From contig JADYYK010000014.1 in NCBI GenBank assembly GCA_020853705.1, positions 77,751 through 141,750 of the forward strand: 64,000 nucleotides of DNA, read 5' to 3'. The position numbers and the translations under genes are program-made. This DNA is from Deltaproteobacteria bacterium. Lineage in GTDB: Bacteria > Myxococcota_A > Polyangia > Haliangiales > JADYYK01. The notes below the pieces were generated by a model that did no database searches, was not told the origin of the DNA, and saw only the letters and a program-made list of their open reading frames with translations. Positions 35,914 through 44,307 of this stretch are shown in pieces (position 1 is the stretch's first letter; every line of letters starts with the position of its first letter).

Positions 35914-36174
35914 GTGTCGACCTCATCCGACAAGCTCCAGGCCCTGTTCACCACCATGGCCCGCGCGATGTTCCTGAACCGGCTGCACCTCCTCCGGCTC
36001 ACGGAGGTGGTCCGCCACGGCATCCGCCCCAACGACGAGGGCGTCCTGCTCCTGCCCGACAAGCTCGACAAGGAGATGAAGGACCAGGCCTGGGAGTTCG
36101 TCATGGCCATGGTGCCCGAGGAGTATCACCTCGCCATCGTGCGCAACCGTGCGCAGTGGATGGACGTCCAGTAG
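35914..36174 (+). CDS. Small (86 aa) hypothetical protein closing the isoprenoid operon
   Basis: GTG 35914 (ATG 35956 is also possible), 21 nt after hpnD. The composition is balanced (K/E/M/F/N-containing), unlike the Arg/Ala/Gly/Pro-rich GC-artefact ORFs. Followed by a hairpin. Confidence 0.55.
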   Translation: MSTSSDKLQALFTTMARAMFLNRLHLLRLTEVVRHGIRPNDEGVLLLPDKLDKEMKDQAWEFVMAMVPEEYHLAIVRNRAQWMDVQ

Positions 36175-36187
36175 AGCTCCCGTGACG

Positions 36188-36212
36188 CCGGGCGCTGGAC
36201 CGAGCGCCCCGG
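36188..36212. terminator. GC-rich hairpin between convergent genes (bidirectional terminator candidate)
   Basis: ccGGGCGCT-ggaccg-AGCGCCCcgg: a 7-bp perfect stem extended by 2 bp across a 1-nt bulge. Lies between the stop at 36174 (+) and the stop at 36220 (-). Confidence 0.45.
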
Positions 36213-36219
36213 CCCCGGT

Positions 36220-37533
36220 CTACTTGCGCTTGCGCAGCGCCTCCAGCCGCGCCGCCTCGGCGCTGCCCTCGCGTGGCTGGTAGTAGCGAGCCTGATCGAG
36301 CGCCTCGGGCAGGTAGTCGGCCACCACGTAGGCGCCCTCGAAGTCGTGCGGGTACTTGTAGTTGCGCCCGTGGCCCAGCGACTCGGCCAGGGCGGTCGGC
36401 GCGTTGCGCAGGTCTTTCGGCACCGGCAGCGGGCCGCGCGCCAGCACGTCCTTGCGCGCGGCGGCGTAGGTCGTCAGCGCGGTGTTCGACTTGGGCGCCA
36501 GCGCGAGGTGCAGCGCGGCCTGGGTCATCGGCAGCACCCCCTCGGGCAGGCCGATGAACTTGACCGCGTCGAGCGCGGCGGTGGCCACCAGCAGCGCCTG
36601 CGGATCGGCCAGCCCGATGTCCTCGGCGGCGAAGATGACCATGCGCCGCACGATGAACAGCGGATCTTCGCCGGCCTCCAGCATGCGCACCATCCAGTAC
36701 ACCGCGGCGTCGGGATCGCTGCCGCGCATCGACTTGATGAAGGCCGACACCACGGCGTAGTGCTCGTCGCCGGCCTTGTCATAGCGCAGGGTGCGCTTCT
36801 GCAGCGCCTGCTCCAGCACGGTGACGTCGACCCGCTTGCCGGCGCCGGCCAGCTGCGCCGCCAGCTCCAGCGTGGTCAGCGCGCGGCGGGCGTCGCCGTC
36901 GGCCTCGGCGACCAGGCGCTCGCGCGCGCCCGGCTCCAGCGTCAGCTCCAGGGCGCCGAGGCCGCGCTCGCGATCGGCCAGCGCGCGCCCGACCAGGGCG
37001 TCGAGCGCGGCGTCGTCGAGCGGCTCCAGCGGCACCACCTTGAGGCGCGACAGCAGCGCGGCGTTGATCTCGAACGACGGGTTCTCGGTGGTGGCCCCGA
37101 TCAAGGTCAGCGTGCCGGCCTCGACGGCGGGCAGCAGGGCGTCCTGCTGCGCCTTGGACCAGCGGTGGATCTCGTCGACGAACAGCAGGGTGCGCTTGCC
37201 GTACATGTCGCGGCGCTGCTCGGCCTCGGCGATGACCTCGCGCAGCTCCTTGACGCCGCCCGAGACCGCCGACACCGTCGCGAAGTGCGCCCCGGTCGTC
37301 TCGGCCATCACCCGCGCCAGCGTGGTCTTGCCGGTGCCCGGCGGGCCCCACAGCACCAGCGACGGCACCTGATCGCGTGCGATGGCCGCCGACAAGAGCT
37401 TGCCCTCGCCGAGCAGGTGGGCCTGCCCCACCACCTCGGCCAGGCTGCGCGGTCGCATGCGCTCGGCCAGGGGCTGCCCGGCGCCGCGCTTCTGGGCCTG
37501 GTGGCGGAAGAGGTCCATCGCGACCCGATCCAT
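36220..37533 (-). CDS. rarA: Replication-associated recombination protein A (AAA+ ATPase)
   Basis: 437 aa. Walker A GPPGTGKTT, Walker B LLFVDEIHR, GATTENPSFE, and the MgsA C-terminal region. Confidence 0.94.
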   Translation of the reverse strand: MDRVAMDLFRHQAQKRGAGQPLAERMRPRSLAEVVGQAHLLGEGKLLSAAIARDQVPSLVLWGPPGTGKTTLARVMAETTGAHFATVSAVSGGVKELREVIAEAEQRRDMYGKRTLLFVDEIHRWSKAQQDALLPAVEAGTLTLIGATTENPSFEINAALLSRLKVVPLEPLDDAALDALVGRALADRERGLGALELTLEPGARERLVAEADGDARRALTTLELAAQLAGAGKRVDVTVLEQALQKRTLRYDKAGDEHYAVVSAFIKSMRGSDPDAAVYWMVRMLEAGEDPLFIVRRMVIFAAEDIGLADPQALLVATAALDAVKFIGLPEGVLPMTQAALHLALAPKSNTALTTYAAARKDVLARGPLPVPKDLRNAPTALAESLGHGRNYKYPHDFEGAYVVADYLPEALDQARYYQPREGSAEAARLEALRKRK

Positions 37534-37590
37534 GCCATAGCGCGCGCCGGCCCGCAGCCAAAAGCGCCCGTGCTAACGTATCAACCGTCG

Positions 37591-38118
37591 ATGTCCGCCC
37601 CGCGCCGCGTCACCCTGTCCGCCCTCGCCGTGCTGGCCCCGCTGCTGCTGCTGGGCAGCGCTGGCTGCCCGACCGGCCCCAGCGGCCCCGACCAGGAGGA
37701 CTGCACCGACGACATGCCGGGCCGCGGCGGCATCACCACGCTGGAGCTGGGCGCGCCCGGCGACGGCGCCTTCACCCCGCTGACCGAGGGCCAGCTCCTG
37801 GCCACCCAGCGCGGCGGCCAGGGCTTCCAGATGATCGTCGTGCGCCTGCGCGCCACCGGCGACGTCGGCGCCTGCCTGACCACGCGCATCAAGGTCCGCC
37901 GCGACGGCGAGACCGAGACCCAGGCCGACAGCCAGAGCGCGGTCAAGACCCACGCCCGCCCCGACGGCAGCCACGACACCGCCGACATCTTCGTCATCAT
38001 GGGCTTCGGTGACATCGGCGGCAACGCCATCACCATCGAGGCCAGCGCCGGCGGCGCCAGCGCGACCCGCCGCGTGTTCGCCGACCGCGTCGAGCCAGAC
38101 GCCGGCCTGCCCGACTGA
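37591..38118 (+). CDS. Lipoprotein, unknown function
   Basis: ATG 37591 within ORF 36346-38118. Signal peptide MSAPRRVTLSALAVLAPLLLLGSAG/C. Confidence 0.65.
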   Translation: MSAPRRVTLSALAVLAPLLLLGSAGCPTGPSGPDQEDCTDDMPGRGGITTLELGAPGDGAFTPLTEGQLLATQRGGQGFQMIVVRLRATGDVGACLTTRIKVRRDGETETQADSQSAVKTHARPDGSHDTADIFVIMGFGDIGGNAITIEASAGGASATRRVFADRVEPDAGLPD

Positions 38119-38130
38119 GGTCCCCAGCCG

Positions 38131-39783
38131 CTACTTCGACTTGAACGCCCGTGCAAGCCCGGCATAGCGCGCGTTCGGGTACACCTCGTAGTCCTGTACG
38201 CGGACGCGCCTGACCAGGATGTTGTCCTCGTGCCACAGCGGCACGATGGGCAGGTCGTCGGCCATCAGGCGCTGCACGCCCTGGTAGATCGCGATGCGGG
38301 CGTCGCGGCCGATGGTGCGCCGGCCCAGCTCGGTGAGGCGATCCATCTCGGGGTTGCGGTAGCGCACCCGGTTGGTCAGGTCCTTGCGCTCCTTGGTGGG
38401 CACGCGCGACGAGTGGTAGTAGGCGTAGGCCATGTCGGGCTCGACGATCTCGCCGCTCTGGTAGGTGAAGAGCTGGAAGTTGCCGGCCTTGAGATCGCTG
38501 AGGAAGGTCTGGCCCTCCAGCGCGCGCAGATCGATGGCGATCCCGACCTCGCCCAGCTGGTAGGCCAGCGCGCGGGCGATGGTCAGGCGAAAGCGGTTGT
38601 TCGAGGTCTTGTAGACCAGCGTGAAGCGCGGCGCCGGGCCCGGCGGATCGGGGTAGCCGGCGGCGTCGAGCAGCGCCCGCGCGCGCGCCGGATCGTGCGG
38701 GTACCGGGTCACCGCGCCGTCGTAGGCCCAGTGCCCGGGCGCCATCAGGCCGCTGGCCAGCAGCGCCTTGCCCTTGAACTTGCTGCGGATGATGGCCTCG
38801 CGATCGAGCGCCAGCGCGATGGCCTGGCGGACCTCACGGTGCGCGAGGATCGGATCGTCATGGTTGAAGCCGAGGTAGGTCAGCAGCGCCGACGGCGCGG
38901 TGGTGACCTCCAGTTCGGGCCGGCTGCCCACGGCGGCGATCAGCGGCGGCGGCAGGCCGCCCTGCATCAGGTCGGCCGAGCCGCCCACCAGCGCCAGCAG
39001 GCGCGAGTTGTCGTCGCGGATGGTCCGCACCACCACGCGGTCGATGCGCGAGGCGCCCAGCACATAGTGCGGGTTGCGCTCCAGGGTCACCGCCTGGCCG
39101 TCGGGGTCCAGGGCGCCGAGGCGGAACGGTCCGGCGCCGAAGTAGCCCTCCAGCGGCAGCTCCAGGCCCCAGCGCGCCAGCGACGCCGCCGGCACGATAC
39201 CCATGTCGAGATCGGTCACGAAGGTGGCCAGCGGCTCCTTGAGGTGGAAGCGCAGCGCCAGGCCGGCCGGGTGCGGGAGCAGGCGCAGCCCGGCGATGCG
39301 CTGCTGGAAGGCGCGCTGCGTGGTCGACTGACCGTCGGCCGCCATCAGGGCATGGAAGGTCTGGTAGACGTCGAGCGCGGTCACCGCGGTGCCGTCGGCG
39401 AAGCGTGCGTCAGGCCGCACCACGACGTCCCAGGTGGTCGGATCCACGGGGGTGACGCTGGCGGCCAGGTCGAGCTTGGGCTCCATCGAGGCCTGGTCCT
39501 CGCTGACCAGGGCGGCGAAGATCAGGCGCGACAGCTTGATGTCGAGCGAGACCCCGGTGTAGCGCGGGTCCAGCGAGTGCGGCAGCTGCGATGGGTTCGA
39601 GTCGACCAGCAGCACCAGCTCGTTCGGCCTGGTGCCGCGCTTGCCGCAGCCGGCCAGCGCCAGCCCGGCGGCCAGCGCGAGCAGCGCCACCCACGCGCGC
39701 CCGCGGCCGCGAATGCGCGCGCCTCTGGCGACGTTATTTGTCGGTGCGGCGAGCGCTCTGTTACGGTCGAGTGGTGAGGACAT
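38131..39783 (-). CDS. Family-5 solute-binding lipoprotein (peptide/nickel type), orphan
   Basis: ATG 39781-39783 within ORF 38131-39900. N-terminus ...RGRAWVALLALAAGLALAG/C. SBP_bac_5-like body. No ABC permease or ATPase genes adjacent. Confidence 0.82.
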   Translation of the reverse strand: MSSPLDRNRALAAPTNNVARGARIRGRGRAWVALLALAAGLALAGCGKRGTRPNELVLLVDSNPSQLPHSLDPRYTGVSLDIKLSRLIFAALVSEDQASMEPKLDLAASVTPVDPTTWDVVVRPDARFADGTAVTALDVYQTFHALMAADGQSTTQRAFQQRIAGLRLLPHPAGLALRFHLKEPLATFVTDLDMGIVPAASLARWGLELPLEGYFGAGPFRLGALDPDGQAVTLERNPHYVLGASRIDRVVVRTIRDDNSRLLALVGGSADLMQGGLPPPLIAAVGSRPELEVTTAPSALLTYLGFNHDDPILAHREVRQAIALALDREAIIRSKFKGKALLASGLMAPGHWAYDGAVTRYPHDPARARALLDAAGYPDPPGPAPRFTLVYKTSNNRFRLTIARALAYQLGEVGIAIDLRALEGQTFLSDLKAGNFQLFTYQSGEIVEPDMAYAYYHSSRVPTKERKDLTNRVRYRNPEMDRLTELGRRTIGRDARIAIYQGVQRLMADDLPIVPLWHEDNILVRRVRVQDYEVYPNARYAGLARAFKSK

Positions 39784-41408
39784 CGAGGCTGGCGTGCGTC
39801 CCGGTGGTGCTGTCCGCGGCCCTGTGGCCGGTGCTCTCCCACGCCGCGCCCCCGGCCCCGGTGCCGCCTGCGCCTTCACCGTCTGCATCAGCGCCGCCAC
39901 CCGGAGAAGATACGGCCGACGGCGACGACGACGCCACTTCTTCCCCCGGCGCGCCGACCAAGCTCGGGCCGGTGCCCAGCGGCAAGGGCACTGACGCCCG
40001 CGCTCGCGAGGCCTGGCTGAGCGCGCGCCTGACCGAGATCCTGGCCCCGACGCCGGCCCTCGCCGGGGCCAGCATCGGGGTCTCGGTGCTCGACACCGCG
40101 ACCGGCCGGGTGCTGTTCGGCAGCAAGGACAAGCAGCCGCTCAACGCGGCGTCCAACGTCAAGCTGGTCACCACCGCGGCCGCGCTGGCGCTGCTGGGAC
40201 CCGACTTTCGCTATCGCACCGGGGTCTATGCCGCGCCGCTGACGCGCCTCGGCGACACCATCGAGGGTGATCTGACCATCCGCGGCGTCGGCGATCCGTC
40301 GCTGGGCACCGCCGAGCTGGCCGCGCTGGCGGCCGATCTGGCCGGCCTGGGCATCAAGAAGTTCACCGGCGGCCTGGTCCTCGACGACAGCTACTTCGAC
40401 GCCGTGCGCACGCCGCCCGCCTTCGAGCAGAAGAACGAGGACGCCTACTACCGCGCCCCCGCTGGCGCGCTGTCGCTCAACTTCAACGCGGTCGCCATCG
40501 TGGTCACCCCGGGCAGCCTGGACGGCGCCCCGGCGCGCGTGGCGGTGGACCCGCCGTCGGCCTACTTCGAGGTCAAGCCCTCGGTGACCACGACGGCGAC
40601 CGGGCGCTCCAGCCTGCGCATCACCCTGAAGACCAGGCCGGGCAAGCAGCCGGTGCTGCAGGTCATCGTCAGCGGCGCCATGCGCCTGAGTGACGAGCAG
40701 GTCGTGATCAGGAAGCGCATCGATCACCCCGACATCTACCTGGCCCAGACCTTCATCAGCGAGCTCGGGCGCCGCGGCATCACCCTGGGCAAGAAGCCGC
40801 CGCGCCATGGCGTGCTCGACCCCAAGGCGCGCGCGCTGGCGGCGACCTACTCGGCGCCGCTGGCGCTGCTGGTGCGCGACGTCAACAAGCACTCCAACAA
40901 CTTCATGGCCGAACAGCTGGTCAAGACCATCGGCGCCGAGGCCACCGGGCTGCCCGGGTCGTGGGAGTCGGGCATCCAGGCCATCAAGCAATACTTGAAG
41001 GATCTGGGCATCCCCGACGGCTATGTGCTGACCAACGGCTCTGGCCTGTATGACTCGAATCGCCTGACCGCTGACATGCTGACAAGGCTTTTGCGGGCAG
41101 TTCATCGCGATTTTCGCTTCTCCGCGGACTACCTGGCGTCGCTGCCCATCGCCGGGATCGACGGCACCCTGAGCCGCCGCCTGGAGGGCACCGGCGCCGA
41201 GCGCCACCTGCGCGCCAAGACCGGCACCCTGGCCGGGGTCACCGCGCTGTCGGGCTATGTCGGGGCCACCGGCCGCCCCGCCCTGGCCTTCGCCATCCTG
41301 GCCAACGGCTTCGCCCAGAAGAGCGCGTCACGCGCCGCGGTGCGCGCGGTGCAGGACCAGATCGCCACCGCGCTGGTCGACTACCTCGAGGCCACCCCCG
41401 AGAGGTGA
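39771..41408 (+). CDS. dacB: D-alanyl-D-alanine carboxypeptidase/endopeptidase (PBP4, S13 family)
   Basis: GTG 39771 or 39774. Signal peptide [25 protein letters not shown]. Motifs SxxK ([10 protein letters not shown]), SxN ([10 protein letters not shown]) and KTG (KTGTLAGV). Confidence 0.9.
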   Translation: MVRTSRLACVPVVLSAALWPVLSHAAPPAPVPPAPSPSASAPPPGEDTADGDDDATSSPGAPTKLGPVPSGKGTDARAREAWLSARLTEILAPTPALAGASIGVSVLDTATGRVLFGSKDKQPLNAASNVKLVTTAAALALLGPDFRYRTGVYAAPLTRLGDTIEGDLTIRGVGDPSLGTAELAALAADLAGLGIKKFTGGLVLDDSYFDAVRTPPAFEQKNEDAYYRAPAGALSLNFNAVAIVVTPGSLDGAPARVAVDPPSAYFEVKPSVTTTATGRSSLRITLKTRPGKQPVLQVIVSGAMRLSDEQVVIRKRIDHPDIYLAQTFISELGRRGITLGKKPPRHGVLDPKARALAATYSAPLALLVRDVNKHSNNFMAEQLVKTIGAEATGLPGSWESGIQAIKQYLKDLGIPDGYVLTNGSGLYDSNRLTADMLTRLLRAVHRDFRFSADYLASLPIAGIDGTLSRRLEGTGAERHLRAKTGTLAGVTALSGYVGATGRPALAFAILANGFAQKSASRAAVRAVQDQIATALVDYLEATPER

Positions 41409-42202
41409 TCGCGCAGGCGCCGCAGCGCCAGCTCGGTCTTGGCGTCGTCGAGCTCGCCGCGGGTGCACGCCGCGATGGCGTCGTCCAGGCCCCACCAGCG
41501 CGAGCGCGCGCCGTCCTCCATCGGCGAGCCGTCACCCTGGATGTGGGCCACCCGCGCCGCCGGGTCGACCTCGACCGCGGCCAGGAAGCAACGCTCCGAC
41601 ATCGCCCCCGGCGACAGCAGCACGCCGCCGCCCAGCAGGACCACCGCCTCGGGCGCGACCACATAGCCGGCCTCCTCCTCGACCTCGGCCGCGGCGCGCC
41701 GGCGCAGCCCGGCCTCGCCGCGATCGGCGACCTCGACGATGCCCGCCACCACCTCGGCCACGAACAGCCGGCGCGCCGGATCGGGCACCACCAGCTGCTC
41801 GGGCGCGCGCCCGAAGAAGATGGTCGGCCGCATGCCCTGGCGCACCAGCACCTGCACGCCGCCGAGGCCGCCGCCCCCGCCTTCGTCGTCCGCGCCGCCG
41901 CCGCCCCCAGCGCCCTCGGCGACAGCGCCCCCGCCACCAGTCCCGCGCGCCCAGATGGCCACCGCCACCGCGTCCAGCCCCTTGGGGCGCTCGACGAAGT
42001 CGTTCAAGATCTCCGCCGAGCGCGTGCCGTCCCCGCGCACCACGCGCAGGCGCATCCGGCGCAGCCCCAGGAAGCCGCCCTCACGCCCGACCAGCCGGCT
42101 GTCCACCACCTCCAGCCCGACCACCTCGACCCCGTCGTCGCCCACGAACGGCTCCGGTGCATCGACCACGGTGCCTGCGGGCAGATCGCTCAGCGTGCTC
42201 AT
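41381..42202 (-). CDS. Nudix-fold (ADP-ribose pyrophosphatase-like) protein with an atypical Nudix box
   Basis: ATG 42200-42202 within ORF 41381-43108. Box-like [19 protein letters not shown], which lacks the canonical RE. NudF-like [17 protein letters not shown] Gly-rich insertion [26 protein letters not shown] is present. Confidence 0.6.
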   Translation of the reverse strand: MSTLSDLPAGTVVDAPEPFVGDDGVEVVGLEVVDSRLVGREGGFLGLRRMRLRVVRGDGTRSAEILNDFVERPKGLDAVAVAIWARGTGGGGAVAEGAGGGGGADDEGGGGGLGGVQVLVRQGMRPTIFFGRAPEQLVVPDPARRLFVAEVVAGIVEVADRGEAGLRRRAAAEVEEEAGYVVAPEAVVLLGGGVLLSPGAMSERCFLAAVEVDPAARVAHIQGDGSPMEDGARSRWWGLDDAIAACTRGELDDAKTELALRRLRDHLSGVASR

Positions 42203-42262
42203 GCCCCTGCTTAGCACACGCCTGGCCGTGCCAATTGTCCGCCCCTCTGCGATAACTCCCTC

Positions 42263-43267
42263 ATGACCCTGCTGGTCGTGCTGGTGCTCGCGCTCGCCGA
42301 TGGCGGCGTGGCCGTGCGCGACCCCGCCGCCGATGCCCTCAGCGCCGGCAAGCGCTTCTACGCGCTGGGCGAGCTCGCCGAGGCCCGCGCCGCCATCGAC
42401 GACGCCATCGCCATCCGCCCCGACCTGGCCGAGGCCCACCTGTACCGCGCCCTGGTCCTGGCCCACGACGGGGGCCTGGGCGCCGCCGCCGCCTCGTTCC
42501 AGGCCGCCCTCGCGCTCGACCCCGCCTCGCTGGCCGCGCACCGCCACTACGCCGAGGCGCTGCTCGACGCCGGCGCCCTGCCCGAGGCCGAGCAGCAGCT
42601 CGAGGCCGCGCTCGCCCTGCTGCCCCCCGACGTCCCCGGCGCTGGCCCCGAGGAGGCCGCCGACACCATCTGGCTGAAGGGGGAGCTCTTGCGCCGGCAG
42701 GGTCGCCCCGCCGACGCCGTGCCCTGGTTCGAGCGCCACCTCAGCCTGCGCCCCGGCGGTGACGGCCACCACGCGCTGGGCTTCATCTACCTCGACGCCG
42801 GTGACGACGCCCGCGCGCGCGCCGCCTTCAGCGCCGACCTCGAGCGCGACCCCAGCTGTGAGGAGGCGCGCCAGAACCTGGCCGCCCTGCTGCAGGACGC
42901 CGGCGACGCCCGCGGCGCCATCACCCACTACAAGCTGGCGCTGGCCGCGCACCCGGGTGACGCCCTGACCCTGCGCGGCCTGGCGCGCGCCTACGCCGAC
43001 ACCGGTGACGACGAGCTGGCGGTCGCGACCTACCGCCTGGCCCTGGAGGCCGCGCCCGGCGACCGCGAGGCCCGCGCCGGCCTGCGCGCCGCGCGCCGCC
43101 ACCAGCACCTCTGGATCGTCCTGCCCTGGGCCGCCCCGCTGGCCGCGCTGCTGCTCGTCACCGGCGCCGTGCTGGGGTACCGTGCCCTGTCCGCCCGCCG
43201 CCGGCGCCGCCGGCCCGCGCCCAGCACCAGCACCAGCACCAGTACCAGGAAAGGAGCTCCCACGTGA
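42263..43267 (+). CDS. TPR-repeat protein with a C-terminal TM anchor and Arg-rich/STSTSTST tail
   Basis: 334 aa. Repeated TPR-like units (AEAHLYRALVLAHDG, HRHYAEALLDAG, ...). TM segment LWIVLPWAAPLAALLLVTGAVLGY. Tail RRRRRRPAPSTSTSTSTRK. Confidence 0.78.
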   Translation: MTLLVVLVLALADGGVAVRDPAADALSAGKRFYALGELAEARAAIDDAIAIRPDLAEAHLYRALVLAHDGGLGAAAASFQAALALDPASLAAHRHYAEALLDAGALPEAEQQLEAALALLPPDVPGAGPEEAADTIWLKGELLRRQGRPADAVPWFERHLSLRPGGDGHHALGFIYLDAGDDARARAAFSADLERDPSCEEARQNLAALLQDAGDARGAITHYKLALAAHPGDALTLRGLARAYADTGDDELAVATYRLALEAAPGDREARAGLRAARRHQHLWIVLPWAAPLAALLLVTGAVLGYRALSARRRRRRPAPSTSTSTSTRKGAPT

Positions 43268-44307
43268 CCGCCCCCGGCAATGCCATGGTCTGGGACCGCG
43301 CCCAGCGCGGCCACTACGAGGTCTGGTACCTGACCGCCTCGCACCTCGCGAGCGGCGCCGGCTTCTGGGTCCGCCTGACCCTGGAGGCGCCCTATGAGAG
43401 CGCCGGCGAACCCTACTGTGAGGCCTGGTTCGCCTGCTTCGATCCGAACGCGTCGACCCCGGCGTGGGGCTTTCACCAGCGCTTCCCCATCGGGCTGCTC
43501 GAGGCCCAGCGCAGCCCCCACCGGGTGCGCATCGGCGACCACGCCGAGGTCACCGACAAGAGCTTCACCGCCAAGCTCTCGGCCGGCGGCCACGAGGTCA
43601 GCTGGGACCTCAGCTGGCTGCCCGCGCCCGAGGTGCACCTGCACTATCCGCCCGCGCTGTACGGGCTGAGCCGCATCGACACCAAGGTGTGCTCGCCCAA
43701 CCTGAACGTCCCGCTACGCGGCACCATCCGCGCGCGCGGCCCGGCCACCGGCGGCGCCCAGCGCGAGTGGAGCTTCGAGGGCGACCCCGCCGATCAGACC
43801 CACGTCTGGGGTCGCAAGCACGCCCACGCCTGGGTGTGGTCGCACTGCAACGCCTTCGCCGGCAACCGCAGCGCGGCGTGGGAGGGGATCTCGGCGCGCC
43901 TCAAGCGCGGCGGGCTCGTGCTGCCCACGCTGACCGTGGTCAGCCTGGATCTCGACGGCGAGAAGCACCACTTCACCGGCCTCGCCGACACCCTGCTGTC
44001 GCGCGGCCGCTGGCAGGACGGCCACTACCAGGCTCGCGCCAGCGGGCGCAGCGTCAAGCTCGAGGCCGAGTTCACCTCGCGCCCCGAGCACCTGATCGCG
44101 ACGCCCTATGTCGACCCCGACGGCGAGCCGTCGTACTGCATGAACTCGTGCATCGCCGACTGCACGGTCACGGTGTGGCGGCGCTCGCCCTTCGTGGGGC
44201 GCTGGCGCGAGGCGGCGCGGCTGACCTCGCGCGGCGGCGGCCACTGGGAGTATGGCCAGCGCGCGCCCGACCCGGCGGTCAAGGCGCGCCACGAGGCCTA
44301 TCCGTGA
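43264..44307 (+). CDS. Conserved hypothetical protein, possibly tocopherol-cyclase-like fold
   Basis: 347 aa. GTG overlaps the TPR stop (GTGA), with AAGGAG upstream. Segments HYEVWYLTA...FWVRLTLEAP and QTHVWGRKHAHAWVWSHCNAF resemble, from memory, the FEGWY and EKNWG..FP..W.W.Q.N.F regions of tocopherol cyclases. This is unverified. Confidence 0.6.
   Translation: MTAPGNAMVWDRAQRGHYEVWYLTASHLASGAGFWVRLTLEAPYESAGEPYCEAWFACFDPNASTPAWGFHQRFPIGLLEAQRSPHRVRIGDHAEVTDKSFTAKLSAGGHEVSWDLSWLPAPEVHLHYPPALYGLSRIDTKVCSPNLNVPLRGTIRARGPATGGAQREWSFEGDPADQTHVWGRKHAHAWVWSHCNAFAGNRSAAWEGISARLKRGGLVLPTLTVVSLDLDGEKHHFTGLADTLLSRGRWQDGHYQARASGRSVKLEAEFTSRPEHLIATPYVDPDGEPSYCMNSCIADCTVTVWRRSPFVGRWREAARLTSRGGGHWEYGQRAPDPAVKARHEAYP

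Noticed and set aside
35914-36174. The ORF after hpnD as hpnE.
   Set aside because: It is only 86 aa and has no dinucleotide-binding (GxGxxG) motif. HpnE is a roughly 420-aa FAD-dependent amine-oxidase-like enzyme.
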